The notes under the pieces were generated by a model, which searched no databases, was not told where the DNA came from, and worked only from the letters and a program-made list of their open reading frames with translations. A stretch of DNA of 64,000 nt, from positions 1 to 64,000 of the forward strand of contig NOWV01000130.1 in the NCBI GenBank assembly GCA_003344405.1, given 5' to 3'. Source of the DNA: Trichoplax sp. H2 (Eukaryota). Made by a program: the position numbers and the translations under genes. Positions 27,699-42,378 of the stretch are shown piece after piece. Within the stretch, counting starts at the first letter, position 1; each line of letters starts with the position of its first letter.

Positions 27699-29199
27699 GA
27701 GATGAATAATATCTTTAGTGCTCTAAATTTGGATTTTAGAAAGATTTCCTTTCACCTGATCAGCTGATTATAATTCTCTGTACTATACTAATTCTGATTA
27801 ATTGCACCTTGATTATTTTATGCTTATGATACTGGATAAGTTAAGAAACTGTTAAAATGTTATTTAAAATCGAAGCTTTTCAAACTGTTACATATCCTGC
27901 GTTGAACGGTAAATTTCAAAATTTTATCAACTTAGTACAACAATACTTCAAATAATTAACTTACCTAGATACTTTGTTAATGAATATTCGATTTCAATTG
28001 TTTGGATAATTCCGGTTTTATAAAAAAATTTATTTACCGTCGAAAGACATACCGACAATATCTTTGTTAAAAAACATTAATACTTGGCAATGTATAAAAG
28101 TATGCTGTTTAAGAAGCAATATTTTGAATTTAGATTAGCTTAGTCCTATTAAACACTGTACTACAGGGTATCGCTTACCTGATCGCATACTCTTACTAAC
28201 ATTGAATATCGGTAATTTATAGCATTTAGCTTATATGCTGTATTGTCAAAAGATAACATTATAATCATATCAAAATTGAAGGCGTTTCTCAATAAATATC
28301 AATCGTCTCATTATATAGTTTACAATTTATAAAACGGCTGAGTTAACCTATTGTATATTAATAAGTTAAATAAAATCTAAGAACGTAGGAAATGCCTTCT
28401 AATTTTAGTTTCATGTAGCTATATCAATGGTAAATGATATTATTATGTGATTTAATTAAGAGGAGATAGACGCTAGAAACAAATGTAACCTTTGCTATTC
28501 TGTCTTTTATTTTCGATATTCGCATTGTTGTTGGTTAAAGTAGTATTTTTCCCCATATTCTTACTCAATAACCGTGCAATGCTATGCTTTGTAATTGTAA
28601 GGCCAATAATTAAAGTATAACGTAAAAATATAATTAGACCTTTTGATAGTTATTTTATATTTCTTCAATAGTACGGCAAAACGTAATTGCTTGCCAGTAT
28701 GCTGGTAAGATATGCTATTCTGATTACTGATAACATATATAGCGCGAGTACGCGTGTTTAAACTCTAAGCGTAATAGCGATGATTGCTATGGAGATTTAA
28801 TGGAATATGCGCTCTAATTAGCCAAGAAATTTATAATGACATCGTCTCACGAGCACAAAAGCCCTGTATTTAAACCGGTTGATTGAGGATATACTTTGCG
28901 TCTCAGAGATTCTTACGTACATCTCATGATATTACAATAGTCCGAGATTTATTGTTGCATAGCACGATAAGGGTTTATTAACTTAGTTAGTTGACACTTC
29001 TTGTAAACCTGAATGAATTGACTTCAGAGCACGAAATTAGTTTTATAATGAATGATTCACCATATCTCATCTAATTTCATGATCGTCACATGTTAATAGA
29101 AAATTTAATATACTGATTTGTAAATATGAAATCCCTTTAAACGTTTTTGATTAATTTTACAGGCTAAAACTTCTAGCAGAATAGTCTTCTAAATCAGGG

Positions 29200-30060
29200 C
29201 AAAACTTTCGTACGCCATTGGATTTGAGCTAATAGTATTGACGGTACGACATAAAATTTTTTCTCGCAGTTTTCTAATCAATTTGGCCAGCTCTTGGTAA
29301 TAGCGTTCTATTTTTGATACGTGGTATTTTACAAGCTATAGCTATATAAAAACATGCTGTAATGCAATAGTTTGTTGAACCTGTGAAGACTTGTATGATG
29401 AGAAATAATCTAATCTGTTCATTCCTTATATTGTCTAGGGTGAAAAGGCTATATTCTGTATTTTGGCACTGCAATAGTAGCATAATGTGAGCAAAGATAA
29501 TCTCAAGCACGGCCGAGCAAATATTACCACTCCACACAATAAAAATAAAAAATCTTAAGACACATGCCATTTAAAGCCCAAAGTCATATTAGTTGTATAG
29601 ATTGTACTTAAAATCGATCGACAGAGATTAAAGTTATTAAACCTATCGTAGTGAGGATAAAAAGGAAAGTAAAAAATCTTGTAATGTAACAAGCTTAACT
29701 ACAGATCCATACAGCATAAATTACGGTACAATTAAATCTTAATCTAAAATTAGAGCTATGGTCGCTAAAAATCATAATCGATATTATAAACTTGCTCCAG
29801 CGATATTTAATAAATTTAAACCCATCCTATGAAATCAGATAAAGCAAAATTAAAGAGTAATATAAGAAATATTTGACTGCCTAATAAATTCTTTATTCAG
29901 CGACTTTTGTCGCTTTTAAAAGATTTATCCTTGGTTTAAATGAGCTCCTTCTAACCTTGGAAGTTTCAAGCAACACCTAGATGTTAGCAATCGTTGCAAT
30001 AACACCAACGATCCAAGCTAGAGTAATAATGAGGATATCATTATACAGCATAGGCGTCAT
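29200..30060 (-). pseudogene. GPCR pseudogene, closest to 26682-27698
   Basis: MTPMLYNDILIITLAWIVGVIATIAN; SVDRF; TLDNIRNEQIRLFL, compared with TLDNIENEYIRIFL in the neighbour. Frameshifts; 3' end eroded. Confidence 0.85.
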
Positions 30061-30571
30061 GCAATGGATATTATCTGTACTATAATGAACTTCTAATTTT
30101 AATTTCATAAGCAGTCAATTCTGCGCTAAAATGTGGAATTTACAAAGTCAAGATGTAATGGATATTATCTTTCGAATCACACTAAAAGTTGCTAAATTTA
30201 TTTGCACACTGTAGCTGCGGAAATACCAAAACAAGAAACTTATCTGAAGATATTCCAGCTAAAACCTAAAACGAAAATTTTATCTAGTTGATTAACTAAG
30301 ATTTACTAGTAAATATCTAGTAAAGTACCTACGATGCGTCTCTACTATTAATACCTGTACCAAATTATTAATTATCGTCGCAGAATTGAGCAATTTTTAA
30401 AGCCATTACAGTCTTTATATTCCTACGATTTTCACAAACATAGTTATCATATATAAGTTTTCATCATCACTATTTAATATTTTAATCAGATTTTCGTGAC
30501 GATTATAATGTACCGAAACATTATACTCAATAAACAAGTACACGAAATATCATGAATAGAATGTTTGGGTA

Positions 30572-31172
30572 TGTTACGATACTAGTCACCGTGTTTTGTA
30601 AATTAGGTTGTTAGTCTCTAAAATTGTTTATTACTTGAAGTATTAATTAAAAATATGGATTAATTATTGGCTCCAGTAAGAGTTACTATTAATTAATGTT
30701 GTTAATTAATATAGTGGTGCTGAGCCTCTAGTTGTTAATTAGATATTAATGGTGATAATTGATTGATGGTGTTTACACCCGATCTATATTAATTGATGTT
30801 TTTACACCTTGACTCGAGTCATACTGAGGCATATCATAATTGTAATCCTGTTTCTCATACTAAGTGAGTAAATTGTATTATATGTGTTTCTCTACTTTGC
30901 ACCACCTACGTGTGGCGACTGTATATAAGCCCGAGCAGAAAATATATCGCTCAGTTGATACTTCTCTAGTGTACGACAAGGTACTCTACTCTCGTGGCAT
31001 GACCAGAAGTAAAAACTCATAAACTAATCTTACAACAAGCCGCTTATTATACTTTTGAGGAAGTTGTTAGTCTTGCTTACAGTATCTCTCCATAGTTAGT
31101 TGGTGACTAAGTAGCTAGTTGATCACTCACATTAGAAGAGAGTAGACAGTGGTATTACTCGTGTGAGTGACA
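30572..31172 (+). mobile_element. 601-bp solo LTR, perfect 5-bp TSD GGGTA
   Basis: TGTTAC...GTGACA termini. GGGTA at 30567-30571 and 31173-31177. ACTGTATATAAGC TATA motif shared with 9879-10468. Confidence 0.88.
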
Positions 31173-31224
31173 GGGTAGTTATACAGCTAAAATATAATTG
31201 CACAACAGAACGATCTAACTTATA

Positions 31225-32262
31225 CTAGCGACGAAAGATTTGTATGTTGTTATGGGTTAATAGTAAAAGTACTATTGGATTAATACTGGCACTGCTTTGT
31301 AAGATTAACGCAATTATTACTATCATAAATTGTAAGTTATTATTCGATTCAATAATCTTACCATTGGAAACAGTAATAAAAGTTAATGTTAAAGATGGAA
31401 TCCAGACTAAAAAACTAGTGCAACATATAATAGCGGTTACGAATAAGATTTTTCTTTCAATTCTTTGGTTGATACCAATAGGCCTAGCCAATACCGATGA
31501 AAGACTGGCTTTATTATATCTTAATTTTCTCCATATAGTAAAGTACATGAATAGAATAGAGAAATAATTGATAGAGCCAGATAAAGTCAAGGCCAATAGT
31601 AATATTTTAACGTGTAGATAACTGAGATTATCAACTGAACATAAATTATGGTAGCGAAAACTTCTGTTATGAGACATAAAAGGTATTGTCATCGATGCAA
31701 AAATATCGGCCACGGAAGCAGCTATCATACTGCATAGCAACGATATGGTAGATAAGTGAATAGCACGTTTCGCAGTTAAACGTAAATTTGGAGAAAATGG
31801 ATAAATTACGTTTAGAAATCGGTCCAATGCGATGAGCCAAGTAATCATGGTCGAATGACTTACCGATGTAATATTAATAAATCTTGCTGCGTAGCAACCT
31901 ACGTTATTTAGCCACATAAAATAAATCACTGTATCATTTGTGGAAGAACTGGTAACGTTATTATGATCTGTGCAAATGAACCGATATCTCACATCAGCAA
32001 CAGCGAGAATAAGTAAATATATTGAACCGATAAAATCAGCTATAGCTAAATTAATAACAAGAATGCCAAACGTTTGATTCTTAGCAGTCGGCCTTGCTCT
32101 AGAAACAGCTGTTGCTGTTGATACATCAACACGAACAGCACTGGCTGTTTTACGATATTTTATAGCTTTAAAAAAGATCAAACCATTCGCTAAGAATCCA
32201 ATGATACCAAGAATCCATACCATAGCAATAATAGCAATTTCATTGTAAAGGATTGAAGTCAT
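31225..32262 (-). CDS. Intronless class A GPCR (345 aa from ATG 32262; the ORF-track start at 32331 is a TTG)
   Basis: MTSILYNE matches the family start; NLAIADFIGSIYLLILAVAD; ALDRF; YHNLC; VWIP; SINPIVL. Confidence 0.92.
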   Translation of the reverse strand: MTSILYNEIAIIAMVWILGIIGFLANGLIFFKAIKYRKTASAVRVDVSTATAVSRARPTAKNQTFGILVINLAIADFIGSIYLLILAVADVRYRFICTDHNNVTSSSTNDTVIYFMWLNNVGCYAARFINITSVSHSTMITWLIALDRFLNVIYPFSPNLRLTAKRAIHLSTISLLCSMIAASVADIFASMTIPFMSHNRSFRYHNLCSVDNLSYLHVKILLLALTLSGSINYFSILFMYFTIWRKLRYNKASLSSVLARPIGINQRIERKILFVTAIICCTSFLVWIPSLTLTFITVSNGKIIESNNNLQFMIVIIALILQSSASINPIVLLLLTHNNIQIFRR

Positions 32263-33231
32263 GTTAAAGCTATATCGAGTAATTTGCAAATGTAGGACTT
32301 TTGCCACTGATGGTTCATAAGTTTTATTCAATCAATCAAATGTTGCTTACTCGTTAATACTGTAGAGTGATTCGTAATAGCTAATTTTGCAAATTAAATT
32401 ATTGTAAAATATCAGAATTTCGTTGAGACTAACATCATCGACTTGAAATTAATCACTAAGTAGTAGCACATCATTAGCAATGTTTCTTGATCTTCCATAA
32501 TTTAATTATGACGTCAGAGGAGTCATGGCACTATGTTATATATTTAATCAAATTAATTAGATTAGAATTTATCATCCTCTTAGCTAGATCAACTCACTTT
32601 AGCACTTTTTGATATCTATCCTTACAATGATACTTGATGCCGACGACTCGATTTTAAATAGACTTGTAATAGGTCTACTTAGCTAAATATTTGTATATGA
32701 ATAGAAATGTAAGTTACGAAATACTCCTTCGATTGTAAATAGCGCGGAATAATAGTACTGGACTTGACACCTTGAATGCATCCTTTATATATGAATGTCG
32801 CAAATTTTCTTCTTTGTGAACATTTAACTCCTCTAGTAACTAATATCCTAATGCACTCGGGGTACGTATAGGTAATCAATTACTCGAAAAGTATTCAGGT
32901 AAGAAGTTTATTATATCGCTCAACGAGCCTATATAACTACGGAATTTCGGAGCAACTAGTTGTTGTGAGCTCACTCCTTTTATACTCTCTGGGAGCGGCT
33001 GCTGATGCATTCTAACTAGCTGAGCTCTAATCATTTTCTACGTTTAGTATTACGGGGGCAAGGCACCGTAGCAATGAAGTATAAAAGCTTCTTCTACATT
33101 ATCAACATACTGGTATCCTTGTTATTTACTCCTTTATTGCATACTGTAATCAATAATGGGGAATACCCTTCTTAGGTCTGTAAATATATATTATAGCAAT
33201 ATTTCTTTGTAATAGTATTGGTACTTGGTAA

Positions 33232-33963
33232 ACTTTGTTCAATTTATATTTAATCAAGTAGCGATATATCTAGCTATATCTACCCTTTTATAATAAATAG
33301 TACGTTTAGTTGCTTCTTAGTGGTATTGTGACATGGCCGATCACGAAATTCCTAGTTCATAGAAAATTAGAACTTTATTAGATCTTTTACAAGGATAATC
33401 TATACCACGGTTCTATTGTAACCAAACCCAACTTGTGGAAAGACTTCCAGTTATTTTGGCGTCGAGAAGAGGATTTCTGCTGAGTGTTCTAGTATTATTA
33501 TATATAATATTAAGGTAGATAACTAATGCATATTTAGAATTGTTAGAATGTCTTATGTACCTGTTAAATATATGTACTATCAAGCCTATATAACATAGTT
33601 ATCACGCTTGTTGCTATATAATTGCACACATTTTACGTTGATATAAAACATGCTTTCACGAATGTAATTCATGGATAAGCAGTCTTAATTTGTTGCTATT
33701 TACCCGGATGATTGTTATTTGTGAAAAGTTTGTGGTTTATCCGGGTAGTTCTTTAAAACTATTATAATGTAACATTAATCATTCTCTTACATTCTACCTC
33801 CATTCTGTACTTCTAATTGTCTTACCTTACGATTACATACACTGATTTTAGCTCACAGACTTATATTAATAATTATTAAATCTGCCTCAACTTATTCGTT
33901 ACAGTTTCCCTAACAAACGTTACATTATTTTACACTCTACTGTATACAAGATTCATTACTTGG
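33232..33963. repeat. Duplicated contig end; allele-like copy of 33984-~34608 with a 107-bp indel (33484-33590)
   Basis: Near-identical sequence on both sides of the 20-N gap 33964-33983. Confidence 0.88.
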
Positions 33964-34637
33964 NNNNNNNNNNNNNNNNNNNNACTTTGTTCAATTTATA
34001 TTTAATCAAGTAGCGATATATCTAGCTATATCTACCCTTTTATAATAAATAGTACGTTTAGTCGCTTCTTAGTGGTATTGTGACATGGCCGATCACGAAA
34101 TTCCAAGTTCATAGAAAATTAGAACTTTATTAGATCTTTTACGAGGATAATCTATACCACGGTTCTATTGTAGCCAAACACAACTTGTGGAAAGACTTCC
34201 AGTTATTTTGGCGTCGAGAAGAGGATTTCTGCTGATAACATAGTTATCACGCTTGTTGCTATATCATTGCACACATTTTACGTTGATATAAAATATGCTT
34301 TCACGAATATAATTCATGGATAAGCAGTCTTAATTTGTTGCTATTTACCCGGATGATTGTTATTTGTGAAAAGTTTGTGGTTTATCCGGGTAGTTCTTTA
34401 AAACTATTATAATGTAACATTAATCATTCTCTTACATTCTACCTCCATTCTGTACTTCCAATTGTCTTACCTTACGATTACATACACTGATTTTAGCTCA
34501 CAGACTTATATTAATAATTATTAAATCTGCCTCAACTTATTCGTTACAGTTTCCCTAACAAACGTTACATTATTTTACACTCTACTGTATACAAGATTCA
34601 TTACTTGGATCAAGCAGTACTACGAATCACATGCATA

Positions 34638-35069
34638 TGTAATGACCGAGTAATAGTCTTTTACTATTACTATAGGTTCGCGACCTCTAACTCTTAATCT
34701 GAGTTATTTAAGTTAAGCAAATCCTTATGATATGTAATAAACCGTCACAACCGAGAGAGTAGCTTTAAAACTACGTTTATTATTCCGTCTGTCCGTGAGG
34801 GTGAATTCAATTTTCACCTCTCATATAATCAGTCGAAAACGGCTACGATAAACCGGATAAACGGACTTAAATTATTTTTACAAGCAATCATTTCCATACA
34901 AAATTATATAGCATAAGCTTACATCCTATAGTTAACGTATTAATATAATACTGTTAAAAACCAGAAATTGACCCTGGTCAAGATGAACCGGATAACTTTT
35001 AACGCGTGACTAATAGTTTATCAATATCTATATTAAATAGCAGAGCTTAACATCATTGAAATCATTACA
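34638..35069 (-). mobile_element. 432-bp solo-LTR-like element, family C, reverse orientation
   Basis: TGTAATGA...TCATTACA termini, flanked by GCATA/ACATA. Left end is the reverse complement of the 3560-3580 end. Confidence 0.75.
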
Positions 35070-37714
35070 ACATAATAATTCTAGAAGAAATTGCTGAATA
35101 ATCTGAAGTTGCTCGCTTAAATATTCTTCGCAGTATTCGCAACTTCAATCCACATAGCAACATTCTACCTTTAGTTTATAATTATTTAGATTATCATTAG
35201 TAACAAATTTTTACAGCGAACCATCAATAATCTGATATGATAACTGCTGCAGTACTTAGGTAGACATTATTTCTATCAGCCACAGTGACGCAATACTCCG
35301 CTGTATACAGTGGTCTGTATGCTAACATAGAATCTTCAATTACAGTCTATGGCTATGAGCTACTAAAATAAGACTTACGGTAAATAAAGAAGCTGCTATA
35401 CCGTACATCATACTAAACATGGCTAATCCTACACTAAATTACGCTACGGGCATGTTTTGTAATCATTGCCTGGGCCATAAAATTTATGAAACATCTTAAA
35501 AATAGGGACATCAGACAGGACATAGACAATAATTAACTATTACAGTGGTTTAGTATACTGTAAATCAGTCTTAATGTAAAGTAAATTAATCCTAATTTTT
35601 TTATAAACTAATTTTACGGTACCGCAAATTTAATAATTCACTCAGCCTTAATAAAGAGCAAGGAGCATTCTGAAGTTATGCTACTTCTTTGGAATCTGCA
35701 AAATTTGAAAAGCATCCGCTTGATATTTAAAAGATACGCCTAGATCTAGATACTGTATAAATAAACGGGGCTGCAATAAAGCTATGAACTATTCTGACAT
35801 ATCGGTAATTATTAATATTAATGGTGCAAGAATTAATGAGATTTTTGTAATATACGACTATAGAGACTTTGCTTTCATGTTACTTATTGTGAGTATAATC
35901 TACGACCTGTCATATAATAATTTATAGTGGAAGTATAGCCATTTAAGAATAAGGTAAACAATACGGTCCAATGCATATTCATTTTTGGATGAGTATCATG
36001 TTCTGCAATTTTAATTTCAAGTTGGTTGTTTGCCTGTAAATTTGTCTCCTTATGGTAAGACGTTGTATTATTAAGTCAAATTTATTAACATAGAAACGTA
36101 CTGATAGTAAAACTAGATTTCTTGACCTTATTGATTATTAACTGCTTATAAATAACACTTATTACTTATAATTGCTGCTTACCAATTGCTTATAAATAAT
36201 TCACCTAATGCCTGATCTTACAAATTGCAATCAGGAAATAATTTCACAGTATATGTTTTGGCAATATAGGAGGAATCAAGGAAGAGTTCTATCACAAACC
36301 ATAATAACATTAATTTCAGAGTGCAATAGGCAAATACTGAGCTAGGTAAGCCCGATAGTAGATTCTTAGAGCTTTGATTTCTCTTTATAGATTTTGATTT
36401 ATAACAGCAGCTCAATAGCAATAGTAAATGAGCATGATTTCAAAGGAAAGATAAAAAGGAAAGCATTTAATTTCTAACCCAATGCTAATTATTTTATCTT
36501 AAGAAGTATCATAAAATATTGTCACACTAGGTATTTTTTTCCGCCTCTGCTGTGAACTTGATGATAGTATAAACATCACACTGTTAGTTCTACAAAATAT
36601 AAAGAGATTCTAATTAAAAACATAATAATTACTCAAAACTTCAATCCAACAGGATATTCAAAAATATACATACAGGCTTTGCATTAATTCATCGATGCAC
36701 TTGGTTAGAGTCAACTCTCCCTACATCCGCCAGTTGGTACTCGTATTGATCACAGCAATGTTAAGTGTTTATTTTTACTAACTCAATAGTTTTCTTAAGA
36801 ATGGATGATTCCAGTGATATAGGGTTTTGGGAAGAAAACACTTTCACACAAAATAAACTCTTAACGCTACGCACTATTTACTTACATGGCACTCGGAAAA
36901 GTGCTAAGAACAGAATAGTTACAAATTATTAATTCACAACATCAGGCTTAGAATAACAACAGATATTTTGTATATTTATGAAATTTAAGACCAAAATTCT
37001 GATCAGCGCGGTCAATTAGATCATACATTGTATGAATTATTAATACGCAACGTAGAGAATACAAAAGTACTAAAAATGATTTTGTTAATTTGATAGTTGT
37101 ATAAGCATAACTTTATTCAGGATTCTCGGAAGAATTATTATTACCGGTATTATTTCTTTTCGAACATAAATAACAATTAGCTTTTTTTCATTAATATTCT
37201 TCACGTAATCTGCTTATGCTACGGAGCAGAAGAGTCTTGTATATTATGCAGGATAAGAATAAGTTTATGACAGTCATTTATGAATTTAAGCTACCGTCTA
37301 TTTGCCGAAAATCTAATAATTCTAATGAATCCTTGAGAAGCTAAAACCTGAGCGAAGAATTAGAAATTTTGTTTGATATAGCAAGTTCCCTAATCGTTAA
37401 ACTTGATAATAGCCTAATGAAGAAATTTCACCTATAAATACAAACTAGTAATGTGTATGGTATAATTTTTAGACTTCGTTCATAGTAATAACGAAAAAAC
37501 TATGTTCTCATTGATGATAGCTGTTAAACATATAGAAATTAAACTAGATATATTATTAATCTATGATTCTAGGTATTAGTTTTAAACTATTTATTAGCTA
37601 TTATTATGAGTATTATAATATTACCATATACAGTAACAGTAAATATGAAATAATTTGGAAAACGAGTAAAGCAATTTGTCAATAAAAGAACCTAAAATTA
37701 AGACGTAATCAAAA

Positions 37715-38719
37715 TCATAACCAATTAGATATCGACAACCAAAATATGATCGGATTAATAATGCAATTTGCTTGAAATATGAATATTAGAGTAGAAGTAA
37801 CGTCAAAAACTAATTTAACTTTTAATATTCCATTGTAATACGTAAAGGCTGCTACTCCTACCCCAATTGCAGGAAACCAAACCAAAAAATTAGTCAGGCT
37901 GATTAAAATAGCTAACCGAATTAATTTCCTTTGGATAGGACTTGGATAATAAAGGCGAACCTCACTATTTCTTCGATATTGTATAAGCTTATAAATAATT
38001 AAAATATACATGGATACTATGTATAGGTATAAGATGAAGGCTACAATTGCTATGGTAAATACATGAATACGGATAAAATAGATGCCAATATTATCATAAG
38101 TACACAAATTGTAGAAATGAAATCGCATATCGAAGGATTGATTTTCGGTTATATATGCATAGATACTAAACATAATAGTTATACTAGCACTGGTAAACCA
38201 TCCAATAATGACTAACATAACTGTTCGTTTCGGTGTAAATCGCTTGTTAGAATGTGGATAAGCAACATTCAGATATCGATCTGTAGCTATTAATGTGGTT
38301 ACAAAAATGGATTGCAGACTGGCTAATATGTTACAACATCGTGCAAGATAGCATACCGGGCTACGCTGCCAGTAGACATGGACATAACTGGAATTATAAT
38401 ATATTGATTCATTTGACCAAGCAGAATATACCACGTTTCGATGATATAATTCTGCTACTCCAATAGTGATGAGATAGATGGCTCCTAAAAGGTCGGAAAT
38501 GGCTAAATTGAGTAGTAGAATTTTAAATGTTCGACTTTTAAATATCATTGCCAGTCTCGACGATTGACTAGATATGGATCTTGCGAATATTCTGCGATTT
38601 ACTTTCTGATTGTGTATCACAATAGCGAAAATAATACTGATATTGCCTATAATACCACCTAAACCAACCACCCAAGATGTACTGATGGCTACATAATTAT
38701 TGTATAAAAGCGATGCCAT
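37715..38719 (-). CDS. Intronless class A GPCR, LGR-like 7TM without ectodomain (334 aa)
   Basis: MASLLYNN; GN; NLAISD; WQRSPVC; TDRY; FYNLC; VWFP; NCIINPIIF. Confidence 0.93.
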   Translation of the reverse strand: MASLLYNNYVAISTSWVVGLGGIIGNISIIFAIVIHNQKVNRRIFARSISSQSSRLAMIFKSRTFKILLLNLAISDLLGAIYLITIGVAELYHRNVVYSAWSNESIYYNSSYVHVYWQRSPVCYLARCCNILASLQSIFVTTLIATDRYLNVAYPHSNKRFTPKRTVMLVIIGWFTSASITIMFSIYAYITENQSFDMRFHFYNLCTYDNIGIYFIRIHVFTIAIVAFILYLYIVSMYILIIYKLIQYRRNSEVRLYYPSPIQRKLIRLAILISLTNFLVWFPAIGVGVAAFTYYNGILKVKLVFDVTSTLIFIFQANCIINPIIFWLSISNWL

Positions 38720-40380
38720 AACCTTAAAAAATTATATCAGTTGATAGGTATGAAAATAAAATAATTGGATTTTGAAGTTCTCTCGACGGTAGTCGCAATA
38801 TTGACCTAAGTAAATTCACCACTAATAAATATCGTAGGTGCTTTATCAGCCAGATGAAGAATAATTCTAAGCCACTAGCTGCAGTGCAGAATAAAATCTG
38901 TTGTTGGATGTTATTTGAATATAGAATTATTCTTCGTATATATGAATGATTTATAGCTGCAAATTGTGGCTCATTATGTAAATCACCGAACTAATCTTTT
39001 CTATTTATTTAATATTTATGGATCCAAAATAAAGGAAACAATGGATAAATTAAAATCTAAGTACTTATGTCTTTTTGAGCTATTATTAACATCGGCATTA
39101 GCATTAAGAAACCACATTTACTAACAATTCCTCGAAATATTTTTTAAACTAAATTAATTAATTAAGTTTTATAAAGTAAACGAATAAATATTTCCTAATT
39201 TCTATCAAACTTTAAAATCTTAATTCATAAGCAAAAAACAATAATAACTGCAATGACAGCAATTAAATATACTCTTATTATATCCTTCATTATTGTTTAA
39301 GTATATTCATAAATAGTTAACAACAGTATGAATGACTTCTCTATGAACGAATTGCAGTTATATTTAGTCCTTAATTTATTAATAAAGCCTTCGTAAATCA
39401 GTAGGTAGCATGTGGCAGTTTCTAAAGGTTGCTTTCTAATAATAATCGATTATGGAAGCTTCATGAAATGAAAATAATCTCAACATGGTTATCTATTTAT
39501 ATCATATCATACTATAAGGCCAAATGGCTTCCTTCTAGTTAATTACCAAATTCTATACTATATTGCCTTACATTTGCGCTTTCAATTTTAAGCTAAACTT
39601 ATATTACGGATGCACATTTTTTATGCAGATAAATGCAAATGTATCAGCAAGGAAATAGCAAAACCTAATTTCTACTTGCATTTATTTCCGAGATTTTGCC
39701 TTTGATGCCGTTCAAAATGATCGACAGACTTGTTGGCAAGTTGCTATTCTATTCAATATTTCTTATCGTACGTTTAATCGAGTTTATCGCCTACGAGGCC
39801 GTTAAATTTAAGAGCATTCAAAATCAAAGGCAATTTACTTGTCAGTTTCGTAAAAAAATAATAAACATCTTCCACATGATATTGACTGACTCTAAATAAT
39901 TTTTTCGATCTCCATTCTGATTTTTATCCAAGAATTAAAATATAGTAACTTAATAATTCATTAGAAGGAGTTACCATATGAATACTATAGTCTCATTAAT
40001 CTCAACTTCATATGGCCCCAATCCGATTTACTGGTTCGAAATTAAAAGATATTGTCCCGTATGTAAATAAGATTGTCTAAAATTAATTTTGTGTATATAG
40101 TACAATATTTAATAGCTCTGGTATCGTAAAGTTCCGTCCTTCGGGTAAAATAGTAAGTAAAAAAAGATTACGTCTATGACTAATACCGTTAGTATCAGTA
40201 GGTATGGTTTCGGTATTATTACAAGTTTTAGTACGTTCTAAAGTTAGATAAAATTGTACAAGTTGGCTATGAAATATGCATGTTGTTAATAAATTTTTTT
40301 TATTTGGACTTACGCCCAAATATCGTAATAGACATTACCTGCAGCAGCATATTTTATCATCAATATTTTAAGTATTAGTG

Positions 40381-40912
40381 TGTAATGATTTTAGCTAATT
40401 CCAGTAGTGCAGTAGGGTGGCTATTAGGATGAGACGGCACACTTGTACTGTTTCTAGTACAAGCATGAGATCTCCGCTTAAGGCCGTATCTGATAGCTAA
40501 ATATTATAGGATTATGCAAACTGTCTTCCATATAAGAGTTAAAGTATAATTATCCGGTTTATCTTAGCCAGGTATTAAATCGAGCTTTTACAGGGGTGAA
40601 TTAGTATGTCTACTATAGAATGGAAGTATTGTATTTATTAGTATAGTTCGCATAGAAGTAATTTGCGTGCAAATTTGTCTAAGCGATACTATTCAGTTCA
40701 TCTTTAGTCGTTTTCGATTGCTCTGATGAGGAGAAGAAATTGGAAATCTTCTGCGACAGACAGCCGTATCAATAAACGTTATTTTCAAGGCAATTATTTC
40801 GGTATTGACCTTCGTGTATCACATTAGGAAATTATTCAATTTTCGTAAGCTCAAATTTTGGTATGTAAGCGAACCAACAGTAATAGCAGGAGGCTATTAC
40901 TGGGTCATTACA
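40381..40912 (+). mobile_element. 532-bp solo LTR, family C
   Basis: Perfect 8-bp terminal inverted repeat TGTAATGA/TCATTACA, flanked by TAGTG/TACTG. AATAAA at 40771. Confidence 0.82.
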
Positions 40913-41962
40913 TACTGTTATATTATTTCTTTCGCCTTTACTAAGGGTTAAATTTCGGTGTTCGATACCATACATCAGCAACATTATAACTCATAAATGC
41001 ATAATTATTTTCTTCTTAATTGCTAATATAATTTCAACGATTGGATACCTATTGCAATTGAAATAGATAACTAAAAAGTTCAATACTACAATTTGGTATA
41101 AGTTCTATGATTAAAACTTAGTAACTTAAACTTCTTAACGGCAAGCACTTAGTTTCTATCTACGGTAAATTTGGCTAGAAATAATGCTTTAAACAAAGTA
41201 TTAAATATGCTTTGTAACATTTAAACGGTAATTAACTCGATGCACGAAAACAAATTTTTAATAATCTCGATCACCAACTCTCTATCTTATATAGTAATTC
41301 TTATTATGGCGGTGTATGTATAAATCGATGAAATAGCGAAAGTTTCTCTCGAATGTAAAACTTTTATGGCTTAAATTATTGATTGAAATTAATAAACATA
41401 GTAGTGAAATATAATTATTCCCCAATTCTATTCAGATACCTCTTCATATAGTATTAGCAGATTACCAAAACATCTCAACTTAACTGTAATGGATTAAATC
41501 ACCCAGATTTAGTTAATCCAGGATTAAAAACAATCGCGAGGAAACTATCCAATCATAAAAAATAGCAATATAGCATAATTTTAAATGGAGTATCAAGATA
41601 TTTATATGGCTGAATTTTGATTTCGCCTTAAAATGATGCATAATATAGGAAGCATTCCTATTTAGCTTTTCTTCAAAGAATTCTTATTATAATCATCTAA
41701 AAATTAAGCGGTTTTTTCCTTGCAGACTCTAAGATAGATCCTTTCGACAAGTCAGGAGCTGCACTTTTTGTTTTATTAAAATAACCAAATTGACTAGGAT
41801 ATAGATTAATGTAATATCAATGCTATAAGTGACTAATAAAGCAACCTAATATTAAAGTAATTATTTTCTTTCCAATAAGTAAATGAGTCATTAATAGTTC
41901 TCTAGATACTCTTAACATTGAAAAAATAATAACATCAAATACGTTCATAATATGAAAACGTG

Positions 41963-42378
41963 TGTTACGATGCGTAAGCTCGTCCTAATTATTGAGTAAT
42001 ATTAAATATTGTTTATAACTTTAAAAGGATAGTTTTATTTTATGTGTACCAGGAGTTTCTGACAAGACTATAAAAGGCTGGTGCCTGAAGATTCCTTGTT
42101 AGTTAGTTAGTCGGTTGGATAGTCAACTAGTTTTTCAATTGATATTTAATTGTAAAGACTATAATCTTGGGTGCCGAGATTTCTTCAGTATTAAATGATA
42201 GTAAATCTCTGACTTTCTCGTCTACACTATCTGTGACGCTATAATTATACCACAGTATTCGGTCTTTGGAACTGAATTATTTGGTGATATAGCTAATCTC
42301 GCCTCTTTAAGTTAGTAAGTGGCGTTCTCCGCAAGGATTGGCGTGTGTAGACTACTTTGTCACTAGTGGTGTGTGACA
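41963..42378 (+). mobile_element. 416-bp solo-LTR-like element
   Basis: TGTTACGA...GTGACA termini like 30572-31172, flanked by ACGTG/ACATG. CTATAAAAGG at ~42068. Confidence 0.72.

Noticed and set aside
28590-29090. LTR-like segment (similar cases at ~32665 and ~54986-55397)
   Set aside because: TG/CA ends are plausible, but no convincing TSD or second copy was found.
33232-34608. Real tandem duplication
   Set aside because: The copies abut a 20-N gap and differ by SNPs and one indel, which fits uncollapsed haplotype overlap better.
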